This document shows positions 1-8,203 of a stretch of DNA of 48,004 nt, one piece after another (position 1 is the stretch's first letter; each line of letters begins with the position of its first letter). The notes under the pieces were generated by a model that was not told the origin of the DNA, made no database searches, and worked only from the letters and a program-made list of their open reading frames with translations. Source of the stretch: Kiritimatiellia bacterium (GTDB lineage: Bacteria; Verrucomicrobiota; Kiritimatiellia; RFP12; JAAYLN01). Both the position numbers and the translations under genes were made by a program. The stretch covers positions 1-48,004 of the forward strand of contig JAFSZJ010000014.1 in the NCBI GenBank assembly GCA_017458965.1, in the 5' to 3' direction.

Positions 1-625
1 CCACGTCGTGATCGACTCGGAGGAGCTGGACGTGCCGGGCTTTGCGGAAAACCCGCCGGACCGCTGCTACCACTGCAAGCGGGAGCTCTTCGGCAAACTC
101 GTCGCGTTCGCGCGCGAAAACGGCCTTGCGGCGGTCTTGGAAGGATCCAACGTCGATGACGACGGCGACTACCGCCCCGGCCGCCGCGCCATCCGCGAAC
201 TCGGCGTCCGCAGCCCGCTGCGCGACGCAGGCCTGACGAAGGCCGAGATTCGCGCGCTTTCGCGCGCAATGGGCCTTCCGACCGCCGACAAGCCCTCCTT
301 CGCCTGCCTCGCCTCGCGCTTTCCCTACGGCGAACGCATCACCGCCGAGGGGCTGGACCGCGTCGGCCGCGCCGAGGAATGGCTGCGCAACACCTTCCCA
401 GACCTAGGTCAATTGCGCGTCCGCTGCCATGGCGGAACCGTCGCCCGCATAGAGGTCGCGCCTGCCGACATCCCGCATCTCGCCTCCCGTGCCGCCGATA
501 TTTCCGCCGCCCTTCGAGACATAGGCTTCACCTACGTCTCCCTCGACCTCCGTGGCTACCGCACCGGGAGCCTCAACGAGACGCTCCCTTCCGCCCCTTC
601 TCCCCATCCCGCGTCATTGGGCTGA
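1..625 (+). CDS. larE: LarE-type PP-loop ATP-dependent sulfur transferase, C-terminal part (5' end outside window)
   Basis: The frame of ORF 8..625 is open to the window edge. DRCYHCK (CxxC) and KPSFACLASRFPYGE motifs match the TIGR00268/LarE family. Stop TGA 623-625. Confidence 0.7.
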   Translation, partial: HVVIDSEELDVPGFAENPPDRCYHCKRELFGKLVAFARENGLAAVLEGSNVDDDGDYRPGRRAIRELGVRSPLRDAGLTKAEIRALSRAMGLPTADKPSFACLASRFPYGERITAEGLDRVGRAEEWLRNTFPDLGQLRVRCHGGTVARIEVAPADIPHLASRAADISAALRDIGFTYVSLDLRGYRTGSLNETLPSAPSPHPASLG

Positions 626-630
626 ACGGC

Positions 631-655
631 CTTTCAACTTTTCAACCTTTCAACC
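631..655. repeat. 3 x 8-nt tandem repeat (C/T)TTTCAAC ending 1 nt before the bioB ATG
   Basis: Read directly: ctttcaac ttttcaac ctttcaac c ATG. Confidence 0.9.
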
Positions 656-1678
656 ATGATTACCGCATCTGCCCTTGCCTCTCGGCTGATCGCCGGCGGC
701 GCACCCGCCACAGCGGAGGAACTGATCGATTTGCTGCGACATGCCCCACGCGAGGAACTGTACGCCGCCGCACATCGCGTCACGACGGCCTTTGCGCCGA
801 AGCGTTTTGACTTCTGCGGCATAGTGAGCGCGCGCGCTGGCCGCTGCTCGGAGAACTGCAAGTGGTGCGCACAGAGCGCCCACTGGAAGACGGGATGCGA
901 GAGCCATGGCTGGATTGGTACGGAGGCCTGCGTCCAGTCCGCCGCGGATGCCGAGGCGCATGGCGTCGGGCGCATCGGTATAGTCACGAGCGGTCGCGCC
1001 CAGACGCCGGACGATATCGATGCGCTATGCGACGCCCTGCGTGCGATGAAGGCGCAAACGCGCATTCACCTTTGCGGTTCGCTGGGGCTGTTGGCCGAGG
1101 ATGACTTGCGCCGTCTCAAGGAGGCGGGCCTCGAGCGCGTGCACTGCAACATCGAGACTGCGCCGTCGCTTTTCCCCACACTCTGTTCCACGCACACGCA
1201 GGAGCAGAAGCTCGAAACGCTCCGCGCCGCGAAACGTCTAGGCCTCGAGATCTGCTGCGGCGGCATCATCGGGATGGGCGAGACGGACGAGCAGCTCGTC
1301 GAATTCGCCCTGGCGCTCGCCGAGATCGCGCCAGCATCAATCCCGGTGAACATCCTCCATCCCATCCATGGAACGCCGCTTGGCGCCCGTCCTTTTCTTG
1401 ACGAAGCCCGCATTCTCGATTCCATCGCCATCCTGCGCCTTGCCAATCCCAAGACGCCATTGCGTTTCGCCGGCGGACGCGCCCGCCTCTCCGACGACAC
1501 GGCCCGCCGTGCCATATACTGCGGCATCAACGCCGGAATCGCAGGACCTCTCCTCACAACCCCCGGAGCCGACTACGCCGACGACCGAGCACTCGCCGCC
1601 GAAGCGGGGTATGATGTGGATCAGGAATTGAGAAACCATTACTTCAATTCGGCCATTAACCCCAGCACACATCAATGA
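656..1678 (+). CDS. bioB: biotin synthase-like radical SAM enzyme
   Basis: ATG at 656. CSENCKWCAQS is a CxxxCxxC radical SAM motif. IHLCGSLG, ICCGGIIGMGET, IPVNILHPIHGTPL and RFAGGR line up by eye with BioB. Confidence 0.75.
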   Translation: MITASALASRLIAGGAPATAEELIDLLRHAPREELYAAAHRVTTAFAPKRFDFCGIVSARAGRCSENCKWCAQSAHWKTGCESHGWIGTEACVQSAADAEAHGVGRIGIVTSGRAQTPDDIDALCDALRAMKAQTRIHLCGSLGLLAEDDLRRLKEAGLERVHCNIETAPSLFPTLCSTHTQEQKLETLRAAKRLGLEICCGGIIGMGETDEQLVEFALALAEIAPASIPVNILHPIHGTPLGARPFLDEARILDSIAILRLANPKTPLRFAGGRARLSDDTARRAIYCGINAGIAGPLLTTPGADYADDRALAAEAGYDVDQELRNHYFNSAINPSTHQ

Positions 1679-2157
1679 AAGTACAACCTCCATCATCGTA
1701 TTCCCTGAGTGCTTCGGAGCGTCTCCGCCGTGCGCTCTTCGCCATGGTAGCCGGCGCGGCCGTGACGGCGGCAGGGCAGTCCCCAGCGCCTGCCACCAAG
1801 GCGGACACCGCGGAGGCGGACCCCAAGGCCCTCGTTCCGCGGACAATCGATTTCGGCGACGAGCGGATTCCCATGACGCCGATGCTGATAGTCCCGGACA
1901 TGAAGGACTTGCAGGAGATGACACCCCGCCCTCTCGCGACATTTTCACCGGAGGAACTCGCACGGCTTAGGGAGAAGTTCCTCGCGCAGAAGGCAAAAAT
2001 CGCGCTTTCTTCTGATCAGTATTCCGCTGTTTCAAACGCGGTCAGGACCGCTACATCGAACGCGGCCGCGATTGCTGCGACGACAACCAACGCTGTCTCA
2101 ACGGCGAAGGATGCAGTTGGGCAGCAGGCCACAGACACTGAAGCGGGCAAGCCCTGA
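1675..2157 (+). CDS. hypothetical exported protein (Sec/Tat-like signal peptide, Ala/Thr/Ser-rich C-terminus)
   Basis: The ATG overlaps the bioB stop (ATGA at 1675-1678). The N-terminus SERLRRALFAMVAGAAVTAAG resembles a twin-arginine/Sec signal. No Cys and no domain I recognise. Confidence 0.5.
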   Translation: MKVQPPSSYSLSASERLRRALFAMVAGAAVTAAGQSPAPATKADTAEADPKALVPRTIDFGDERIPMTPMLIVPDMKDLQEMTPRPLATFSPEELARLREKFLAQKAKIALSSDQYSAVSNAVRTATSNAAAIAATTTNAVSTAKDAVGQQATDTEAGKP

Positions 2158-2158
2158 C

Positions 2159-3262
2159 ATGGGACTCACGCTCTGCGTCACCCACGACTGCAACCTGCGC
2201 TGCACCTACTGCTACGCGGGGGAGAAGCGTCATGTGGCGATGTCGCGCGAAACGGCGTTTCGCGCCATCGACTTCGCCCAGGGACACCATCTGGCGACGC
2301 ATCCGCATGGAACGCCATTCGTCCTTGGGTTCTTCGGCGGCGAGCCGCTGCTTGAATGGGACCTCGTGCAGGCCGCGGACGATTACGCGGCGGAATCTTG
2401 CCGCAAGGCCGGGATCCCGCTTGGACGCACCCTTACGACAAACGGCACGCTCCTCGACCCGGAGCGGATTGCCTGGATGGGGGAGCGCCGCTACCGCCTT
2501 GGCGTCTCAATCGACGGTGGCCAGTCGCTCCACGACCGCCAGCGCCAGTTCCCCGACGGACGCGGTTCTTTCACCGCCGCAACCCGCCATCTTGCGCTCC
2601 TCGAGGCGCTTCGGCCCGCCCCGGAGCTTTTCTGCACGGTTGACCCCGCCACGGTGCGGCTCGTCCCGGATGCGATCGGGGACCTCGCCTCGCGCACTTC
2701 GCTGCGGATCGCGCTAAACCCGAACTACGAGGCTCGGTGGGACGAAGCGGCCGCGGCGGCCTTCGAGGAGGCATGGCGCGCGCTTGCAGACCTTGTCCTC
2801 GCGTCCTATCGCATGGGGCGCCCGATCCGGCTCACATGGTTCGAGGGCAAGGTGCAGACTCTTCTTCTGGGCGGATACCGCGACTGCGACCGCTGCGCCC
2901 CGGTCCGGCGGGAACTCGCATGCGCCCCGTCAGGCAACCTCTACCCATGCGCGGCGCTCGTGGGGGACGACGACCGCCAAGACCTGCTGCTTGGAAACAT
3001 CCGCGACGGCTTCGACCCTAACGCGCTCGCCCGCATGGCCTCCCGCGTCGGAAACCGCAACGAAGCGTGCCGGAACTGCCCCGCGGCCCCTCGCTGCATG
3101 AACTGGTGCTTCTGCAACAACTGGCATGCCACAGGATCGCCAGACCTGGTCTCGCCCCTACTTTGCCTTCACGAACGCCTTTCAATCAATCTGGCGGACC
3201 AGATCGCCGAAATCCTAATCGCCGAGCGCAACGCCGCATTCGCCTCCATCTTCGGGCGGTAG
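2159..3262 (+). CDS. radical SAM / SPASM-domain maturase (anaerobic sulfatase-maturating-enzyme-like)
   Basis: In-frame ATG at 2159, 1 nt after the upstream stop (the ORF track starts at 2072). It has a CNLRCTYC radical SAM motif and GFFGGEPLL. The C-terminal Cys clusters CDRC..CAPSGNLYPC and CRNCPAAPRCMNWCFC are typical of SPASM auxiliary Fe-S sites. Confidence 0.7.
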   Translation: MGLTLCVTHDCNLRCTYCYAGEKRHVAMSRETAFRAIDFAQGHHLATHPHGTPFVLGFFGGEPLLEWDLVQAADDYAAESCRKAGIPLGRTLTTNGTLLDPERIAWMGERRYRLGVSIDGGQSLHDRQRQFPDGRGSFTAATRHLALLEALRPAPELFCTVDPATVRLVPDAIGDLASRTSLRIALNPNYEARWDEAAAAAFEEAWRALADLVLASYRMGRPIRLTWFEGKVQTLLLGGYRDCDRCAPVRRELACAPSGNLYPCAALVGDDDRQDLLLGNIRDGFDPNALARMASRVGNRNEACRNCPAAPRCMNWCFCNNWHATGSPDLVSPLLCLHERLSINLADQIAEILIAERNAAFASIFGR

Positions 3263-3271
3263 TTAGAGCGG

Positions 3272-3301
3272 TTGGCGCCAAGTAGGTCCTTAGCGTATAA
3301 T
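3272..3301 (+). promoter_or_regulatory. candidate sigma70-type promoter: TTGGCG - 18 nt - TATAAT
   Basis: Hexamers read at 3272-3277 and 3296-3301. An ATG lies exactly 7 nt after the -10 box (3309). Confidence 0.35.
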
Positions 3302-3308
3302 TGATGCC

Positions 3309-3476
3309 ATGGAAAATGGTCTTGCCATCGGCGGAAAGCCATTGAAGGATGTCTATGAGGCGACGGGATACGCCAAGGCCCACGGCATCGCAAAGGACAA
3401 GCCCGTCGGCGAAAGTCCGATAGGGCGATCCATGGCAATTGACGCTTCCACGAACGGCGGCTACCTTGCGATATGA
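3309..3476 (+). CDS. candidate small ORF (55 aa), possibly leaderless
   Basis: Below the ORF-track length cutoff. Hand translation: MENGLAIGGKPLKDVYEATGYAKAHGIAKDKPVGESPIGRSMAIDASTNGGYLAI*. ATG lies 7 nt after TATAAT. About two thirds of third positions are G/C. Its 3' end overlaps the start of the next gene. Confidence 0.3.
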   Translation: MENGLAIGGKPLKDVYEATGYAKAHGIAKDKPVGESPIGRSMAIDASTNGGYLAI

Positions 3477-5703
3477 CTTTCCATACGCGCCCCTAGTCGC
3501 CGAAGCCAAGCCGACCGTCCTTTCAGGGAACGCGGAATGGTTGTGGGCCGACCCCGCGAACCACCCGGACGCGGAGTTCACGCCGACCACGGTTTTCGCG
3601 CCCCTTCCCGAACAGTTCAGGTTCCGCGCTTTCGAATTCGAAAAGACCTATCACCGCCACATCACATCTCCCGGGGTTCTGTCCGTGACGGTCTTCGCCG
3701 ACCCAAGATTCCGTCTGTGGGTCAACGGTGTTTATGTCGGAACCGGTCCCGTCGCCGCGGGAGGGGACTACGCCAATATCCGTCCGATGCCAAAGCAGTA
3801 TGTCAACCGATATGACATCCCGGTGAACGGCTGCAATGTGACCATACGCGCCGAGGTCTGGAACGGATGCGCGGTGATGACTGACTACTCCGTGGGCAGA
3901 TGCGCGTTCGTTCTCTCCGGCACCCTTGACGGCGAAGATATCCATACCGACAGGAGCTGGCGTATGCGCTTCCTCCCCGGATATCACGGCGTTACGGAAG
4001 CCGATCTGACCGAGGAGCCGGGGGAATGGGAGACGCCGGCGGTCGTTTCACCGGCGGCATGGCATCCAGCCGATCCCCGCATCCCTGCGCTGTGCGAGGA
4101 GACAATCCGGCCGGAGACCGTACGACGCGAAATGTCCGCAGGGGAACAGTCCCTCCTTGTTTCCTTCCCGCGGATCTACTCGGCGTATATCCGCCTGGCG
4201 ATCAAAAACGACACCGGCAAGCCGGCCATCGTTAGGGTCGGGGTTTCGGAGGGAATGCCGGCGGACGCCAATTCGGAGCGCGTCACGGTTCCCGCCTCAT
4301 CCGGTACGGTCTTCTACCGCGGGTTGCGGATGTGGAGCGTAGGCGCGGTCCTTGTCCACGCCCCCGTGGATGTTGATATATCCGTATCGCTCTCCTATGT
4401 CCATTACCCCGTCGATCGCGCAAACGAGGGCTATTTCCGCTGCTCGGATGAAAAGCTGAACCGAATCTGGGACATCGGGAAGTTCACGCTGGAAATGTGC
4501 CGCCAGAGCCTGCATCTTGACAGCCCGTTGCACCAGGAGACGCTGGGATGCACCGGTGACTACGCCATCGAAAGCCTGATGACGCGCACGACCTTCGGCG
4601 ACATGCGCCTCGTGCGTCTGGATCTGGTCCGCACCGCCGACTACCTCGTAATGTCGGAAGGCGTCATGTTCCACACATCCTATTCCCTGATCTGGGTCAC
4701 GATGCTGCGCGACTACCTTCTATGGACCGGCGACCGCTCTGTGCTTCACGCCTGTCTCCCGGCCCTTGGCGTTCTTCTTGACCGTTTCCGGACCTACATC
4801 GGCGAACAAGGCGTTATCGATAATCCGCCGAACTACATGTTCGTGGACTGGGCGAACATAGACGGCTACCAGCTGCATCATCCACCGATGGCGCTCGGCC
4901 AGACCGTGCTCAATGCCTTCTGGCAGCTTGCGCTTAAGGCGGCCGCTACGCTCCATCGTCTTGATGGCTCCACGGATCTGGCGCTTGACTTGGAGAACGA
5001 AGCCGAACGGCATGCGGCGGCCTGCCTGCGCGAGTTCCACGATGCCGGCAAAGGACTTTTCTGCGATGGTTGGACAAAGTCCGAACGCGATCCCGCCCCA
5101 AACCAATGGCAACCCGCCAACACGGACAAGCGGTACTTCTCGCGGCACGCGAACACCCTTGCCGTGCTTGCGGGGTTCGTGACCGGAGAGACGGCAAAGG
5201 CGTTGGCGGAACGCATCATAGCCGACGACTGGCCTGAAAAGGATTCCGCGATCGACATACAGCCCTATTTCATGCACTATGTCTGCGAGATGGCGGTGAA
5301 GACGGGGCTCTGGGACAAATACGCTTTGAAACTCATGCATCTGTGGGACAGGCAGGCGGAGGATTCCCCGAAGGGACTGAAGGAAGGCTGGGGGGATTTC
5401 CGCGGCGACTGTTCCCATGCATGGGGAGGGACGCCCGTCTATCAGCTTCCAATCCGCATGCTTGGATTCGAGATGCTGGAACCTGGCTTCCGGAAATTCC
5501 GCCTTGAGCCGCGGCTCTTCGGTCTGGAATGGGGGGAGGCCGGCATCCCTACGCCGTGGGGGCTGCTGAAAGTCAAGGCCGACGCCAGCGGCTTCTCGGC
5601 CGACGCCCCAGCTGCGTTCCGCAGGGTGGAGGATCGCGGCCGGATTGGCGGCGCCGTCTTCGAACTGAAGGACGATCGCGAAGCGCCGCAGACTAATCCA
5701 TGA
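3439..5703 (+). CDS. GH78-like (alpha-L-rhamnosidase family) six-hairpin glycoside hydrolase
   Basis: 754-aa ORF with no signal peptide. The N-terminal AEWLW...FRLWVNGVYVGTGP resembles the rhamnosidase N-domain. DSPLHQETLGCTGDY resembles the GH78 D-x-P-x-R-x-E-R-L-G-W-x-G-D motif. The start is TTG (3439 or 3466), as there is no in-frame ATG upstream of the conserved part. Confidence 0.6.
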   Translation: MTLPRTAATLRYDFPYAPLVAEAKPTVLSGNAEWLWADPANHPDAEFTPTTVFAPLPEQFRFRAFEFEKTYHRHITSPGVLSVTVFADPRFRLWVNGVYVGTGPVAAGGDYANIRPMPKQYVNRYDIPVNGCNVTIRAEVWNGCAVMTDYSVGRCAFVLSGTLDGEDIHTDRSWRMRFLPGYHGVTEADLTEEPGEWETPAVVSPAAWHPADPRIPALCEETIRPETVRREMSAGEQSLLVSFPRIYSAYIRLAIKNDTGKPAIVRVGVSEGMPADANSERVTVPASSGTVFYRGLRMWSVGAVLVHAPVDVDISVSLSYVHYPVDRANEGYFRCSDEKLNRIWDIGKFTLEMCRQSLHLDSPLHQETLGCTGDYAIESLMTRTTFGDMRLVRLDLVRTADYLVMSEGVMFHTSYSLIWVTMLRDYLLWTGDRSVLHACLPALGVLLDRFRTYIGEQGVIDNPPNYMFVDWANIDGYQLHHPPMALGQTVLNAFWQLALKAAATLHRLDGSTDLALDLENEAERHAAACLREFHDAGKGLFCDGWTKSERDPAPNQWQPANTDKRYFSRHANTLAVLAGFVTGETAKALAERIIADDWPEKDSAIDIQPYFMHYVCEMAVKTGLWDKYALKLMHLWDRQAEDSPKGLKEGWGDFRGDCSHAWGGTPVYQLPIRMLGFEMLEPGFRKFRLEPRLFGLEWGEAGIPTPWGLLKVKADASGFSADAPAAFRRVEDRGRIGGAVFELKDDREAPQTNP

Positions 5704-5755
5704 ACTTCCAAAGCGTCCCTCATGTCATAAGCCAGAGTCATCCGAAAAACCCCCG

Positions 5756-8191
5756 ATGAACATGAATTCATCCAGTTCCGCGTCAGACCTGCATCCTCGC
5801 CGTTTTTCCGTCACGGGCATGCATTGCGCCGCCTGTTCCACGCGGGTCGAGCGCACCGTCTCGAAAATCCCAGGCGTCACCTCATGCGCCGTCAGCCTGC
5901 TCACAAACGAGATGTCCGTCACCGGAGCCGCCAGCGATGAGGAAGTCGTTGCGGCGGTGGTCAAGATCGGCTTTGGCGCGACGCCTCTGGATCGGAACGT
6001 CGAAAGTCGAAAGTCCCAGGTCGAAAGTCGAAGGTCCCAGGTCGAAAGTCGAAAGTCGGAAGTCGAAAGTCAGACGGCCGGGGTGGAAACTCCGCGTCCT
6101 GTCGGCGCGGTTCTTCAAGCCGCGTCCGGGCACGGTGTACGGCTCTTCGCCTCGCTCGTGCTGCTTGCGATCCTGATGTACGCCACAATGGGCCACATGA
6201 TGTTCGGATGGCCGCTGCCGCGCTGGTTCACGGAGCCGGAGCCGAACCATGTCGCGATGGGCCTTGTGCAACTGCTTTTGTCGGGCGCGGTGCTCGTGAT
6301 CAACCGGCGGTTCTTCACCTCCGGCTTCCGCGCCGTCATGCACGGTTCGCCTAACATGGATACCTTGGTCGCCCTTGGCGCGGGCGCGGCCTATGCCTGG
6401 AGCGTTGCGGTCCTCTTCCTCATGACGCGCGCGCAAGTCCTCGGCGGCACGGCCGCCGCAGAGGCGTGGATGGGGCAGTACTACTTCGAAAGCGCCGCGA
6501 TGATCGTGACGCTGATCACCGTAGGCAAGCTTCTCGAGGAACGCGCAAAAGGCAAGACGACGAGCGCACTCGCCGACGTGTTGCGCCTTGCGCCAAAGAC
6601 GGCTACCGTCCTGCGTGACGGACGCGAAACCGAGGTCCCGGCCTCGCAGGTCCGTGTCGGCGACATATTTCTCGTCCGTCCCGGGGAGAACATCCCGGTT
6701 GATGGCATTGTCGATGAGGGCGAGAGCGCCGTCAACGAGTCGGTCCTGACGGGAGAGAGCGTCCCCGTCGACAAGGCTCCGGGTGCCATGGTCTCCGCCG
6801 CCACTTTGAATGTCTCGGGCTTCCTGCGCTGCCACGCGACGAGGGTGGGGGAGGACACCACACTCGCGCAGATCGTGCGCCTCATGCAGGATGCCGCCGC
6901 CACCAAGGCGCCGATCGCGCGACTCGCCGACCGGGTGTCGGCGGTTTTCGTACCGGCCGTTCTGCTCGTCGCGCTCGTCACGCTTGGCGTCTGGCTCGCA
7001 TGCGGCGCCGCGCCTGGCTTCGCCCTTGCCCGCGCGATTTCGGTGCTCGTCGTAAGCTGCCCCTGCGCTCTTGGCCTCGCGACGCCAGTGGCTATCATGG
7101 TCGGAAGCGGCGTGGGGGCACGGCGCGGCCTCCTCTTCAAGACAGCCACCGCGCTTGAAGCCGCAGGGCGGGCTCAGATAGCAGTTCTCGACAAGACCGG
7201 CACCGTCACTTCCGGAGAGCCTGAGGTTGTTGGCGTATTCGCCAACGGCGAAGACGCCAACGACAAGGACGAAATAAGAAGTACGAAGGACGAAGGGGAG
7301 TTGCTTGCGTTTGCTGCGGCGCTGGAAAGAGGCAGCGAGCATCCGCTCGCGAAGGCCATCGTCCGTTTCGCAGCGAAACTTTCAACTTTCAACTCTCAAC
7401 TTTCAACTGGCGGCGGTGAAGTCGCCGCCTTTCATGCTCTGCCCGGTTGCGGCGTGGAGGCGATCATCGGCGGACAACCGGCCTTCGGCGGCAGTGTGGT
7501 CGCAGCCGAGGAGCGCGGCATAGAACTTTCCCCTGGATTGCGCGCCAAGGCAGACGAGGCCGCCATCAAGGGCGCGACGCCCCTTGTCTTCGCGCAAGAT
7601 GGCAGGGCGCTTGGCATGATTGCCGTGGCCGATGCCCCCAAGCCCGACGCGGCGGTCGCCGTCCGCAACCTTCACGACCTTGGCTTAAGAGTCCTGCTCC
7701 TGACTGGCGACAACGAGCGCACCGCCCGCGCCGTCGCGGAATCCGTTGGCATTGGCGAAGTGATCGCCGGCGTGCTGCCTGATGGCAAGCACCATGTCGT
7801 CGAAGACCTCAAGAAGCAGGGACGGGTCGCCATGGTCGGTGATGGCGTGAACGACGCGCCTGCTCTAGCGGCGGCCGATCTGGGACTCGCCATCGGGGCT
7901 GGTACGGATGTCGCCATAGACGCGGCCGGAGTGGTGCTGGTCCATTCTCGCCTTTCCGATGTAGCCGCCGCGTTGCGCCTTGGCAGGGCGACGCTTCGCA
8001 ACATCAAGGAGAACCTCTTCTGGGCATTCCTCTATAATGTGCTGCTGATCCCGTTGGCGGCAGGCCTCTGGTATCCGCTCTTCGGCTGGAAGATGCATCC
8101 GGACCTCGGAGCGTTGGCGATGAGCCTCTCCAGCTTCTGCGTCGTCCTGAACGCCCTCCGCCTCAACTACGCGCGGCTCGACCCGCGCTAA
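5756..8191 (+). CDS. copA: copper-translocating P1B-type ATPase
   Basis: HMA domain GMHCAACSTRVE, CPC motif (SCPCALGLATP), DKTGTVT phosphorylation site, and the GDGVNDAPALA hinge. Confidence 0.93.
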   Translation: MNMNSSSSASDLHPRRFSVTGMHCAACSTRVERTVSKIPGVTSCAVSLLTNEMSVTGAASDEEVVAAVVKIGFGATPLDRNVESRKSQVESRRSQVESRKSEVESQTAGVETPRPVGAVLQAASGHGVRLFASLVLLAILMYATMGHMMFGWPLPRWFTEPEPNHVAMGLVQLLLSGAVLVINRRFFTSGFRAVMHGSPNMDTLVALGAGAAYAWSVAVLFLMTRAQVLGGTAAAEAWMGQYYFESAAMIVTLITVGKLLEERAKGKTTSALADVLRLAPKTATVLRDGRETEVPASQVRVGDIFLVRPGENIPVDGIVDEGESAVNESVLTGESVPVDKAPGAMVSAATLNVSGFLRCHATRVGEDTTLAQIVRLMQDAAATKAPIARLADRVSAVFVPAVLLVALVTLGVWLACGAAPGFALARAISVLVVSCPCALGLATPVAIMVGSGVGARRGLLFKTATALEAAGRAQIAVLDKTGTVTSGEPEVVGVFANGEDANDKDEIRSTKDEGELLAFAAALERGSEHPLAKAIVRFAAKLSTFNSQLSTGGGEVAAFHALPGCGVEAIIGGQPAFGGSVVAAEERGIELSPGLRAKADEAAIKGATPLVFAQDGRALGMIAVADAPKPDAAVAVRNLHDLGLRVLLLTGDNERTARAVAESVGIGEVIAGVLPDGKHHVVEDLKKQGRVAMVGDGVNDAPALAAADLGLAIGAGTDVAIDAAGVVLVHSRLSDVAAALRLGRATLRNIKENLFWAFLYNVLLIPLAAGLWYPLFGWKMHPDLGALAMSLSSFCVVLNALRLNYARLDPR
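5999..6075 (+). repeat. 11 x 7-nt tandem repeat GTCGAAA (variants GTCCCAG, GTCGAAG, GTCGGAA) inside copA
   Basis: Read directly. The 21-nt superperiod encodes VESRKSQ VESRRSQ VESRKSE VESQ between the HMA domain and TM1. Confidence 0.9.
7253..7296 (+). repeat. about 6 x 7-nt repeat GNACGAA inside copA
   Basis: gacgcca acgacaa ggacgaa ataagaa gtacgaa ggacgaa; encodes EDANDKDEIRSTKDEGE after the DKTGT motif. Confidence 0.75.
7379..7408 (+). repeat. 4 x 7-nt tandem repeat CTTTCAA inside copA
   Basis: ctttcaa ctttcaa ctctcaa ctttcaa ct; encodes LSTFNSQLST. Confidence 0.9.
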
Positions 8192-8203
8192 CCCGCGTAC
8201 GCC

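Noticed and set aside
1675-2157. The 160-aa exported protein as the RiPP precursor of the adjacent SPASM maturase
   Set aside because: At 160 aa with a signal peptide and no Cys or obvious core motif, it does not resemble known precursors. It is left as hypothetical and mentioned only as operon context.
5882-7342. 486-aa ORF antisense to copA
   Set aside because: It fully overlaps a gene with unambiguous P-type ATPase motifs. Long antisense ORFs are expected in GC-rich DNA, and its sequence is Arg/Gly/Ala-rich with no motifs.
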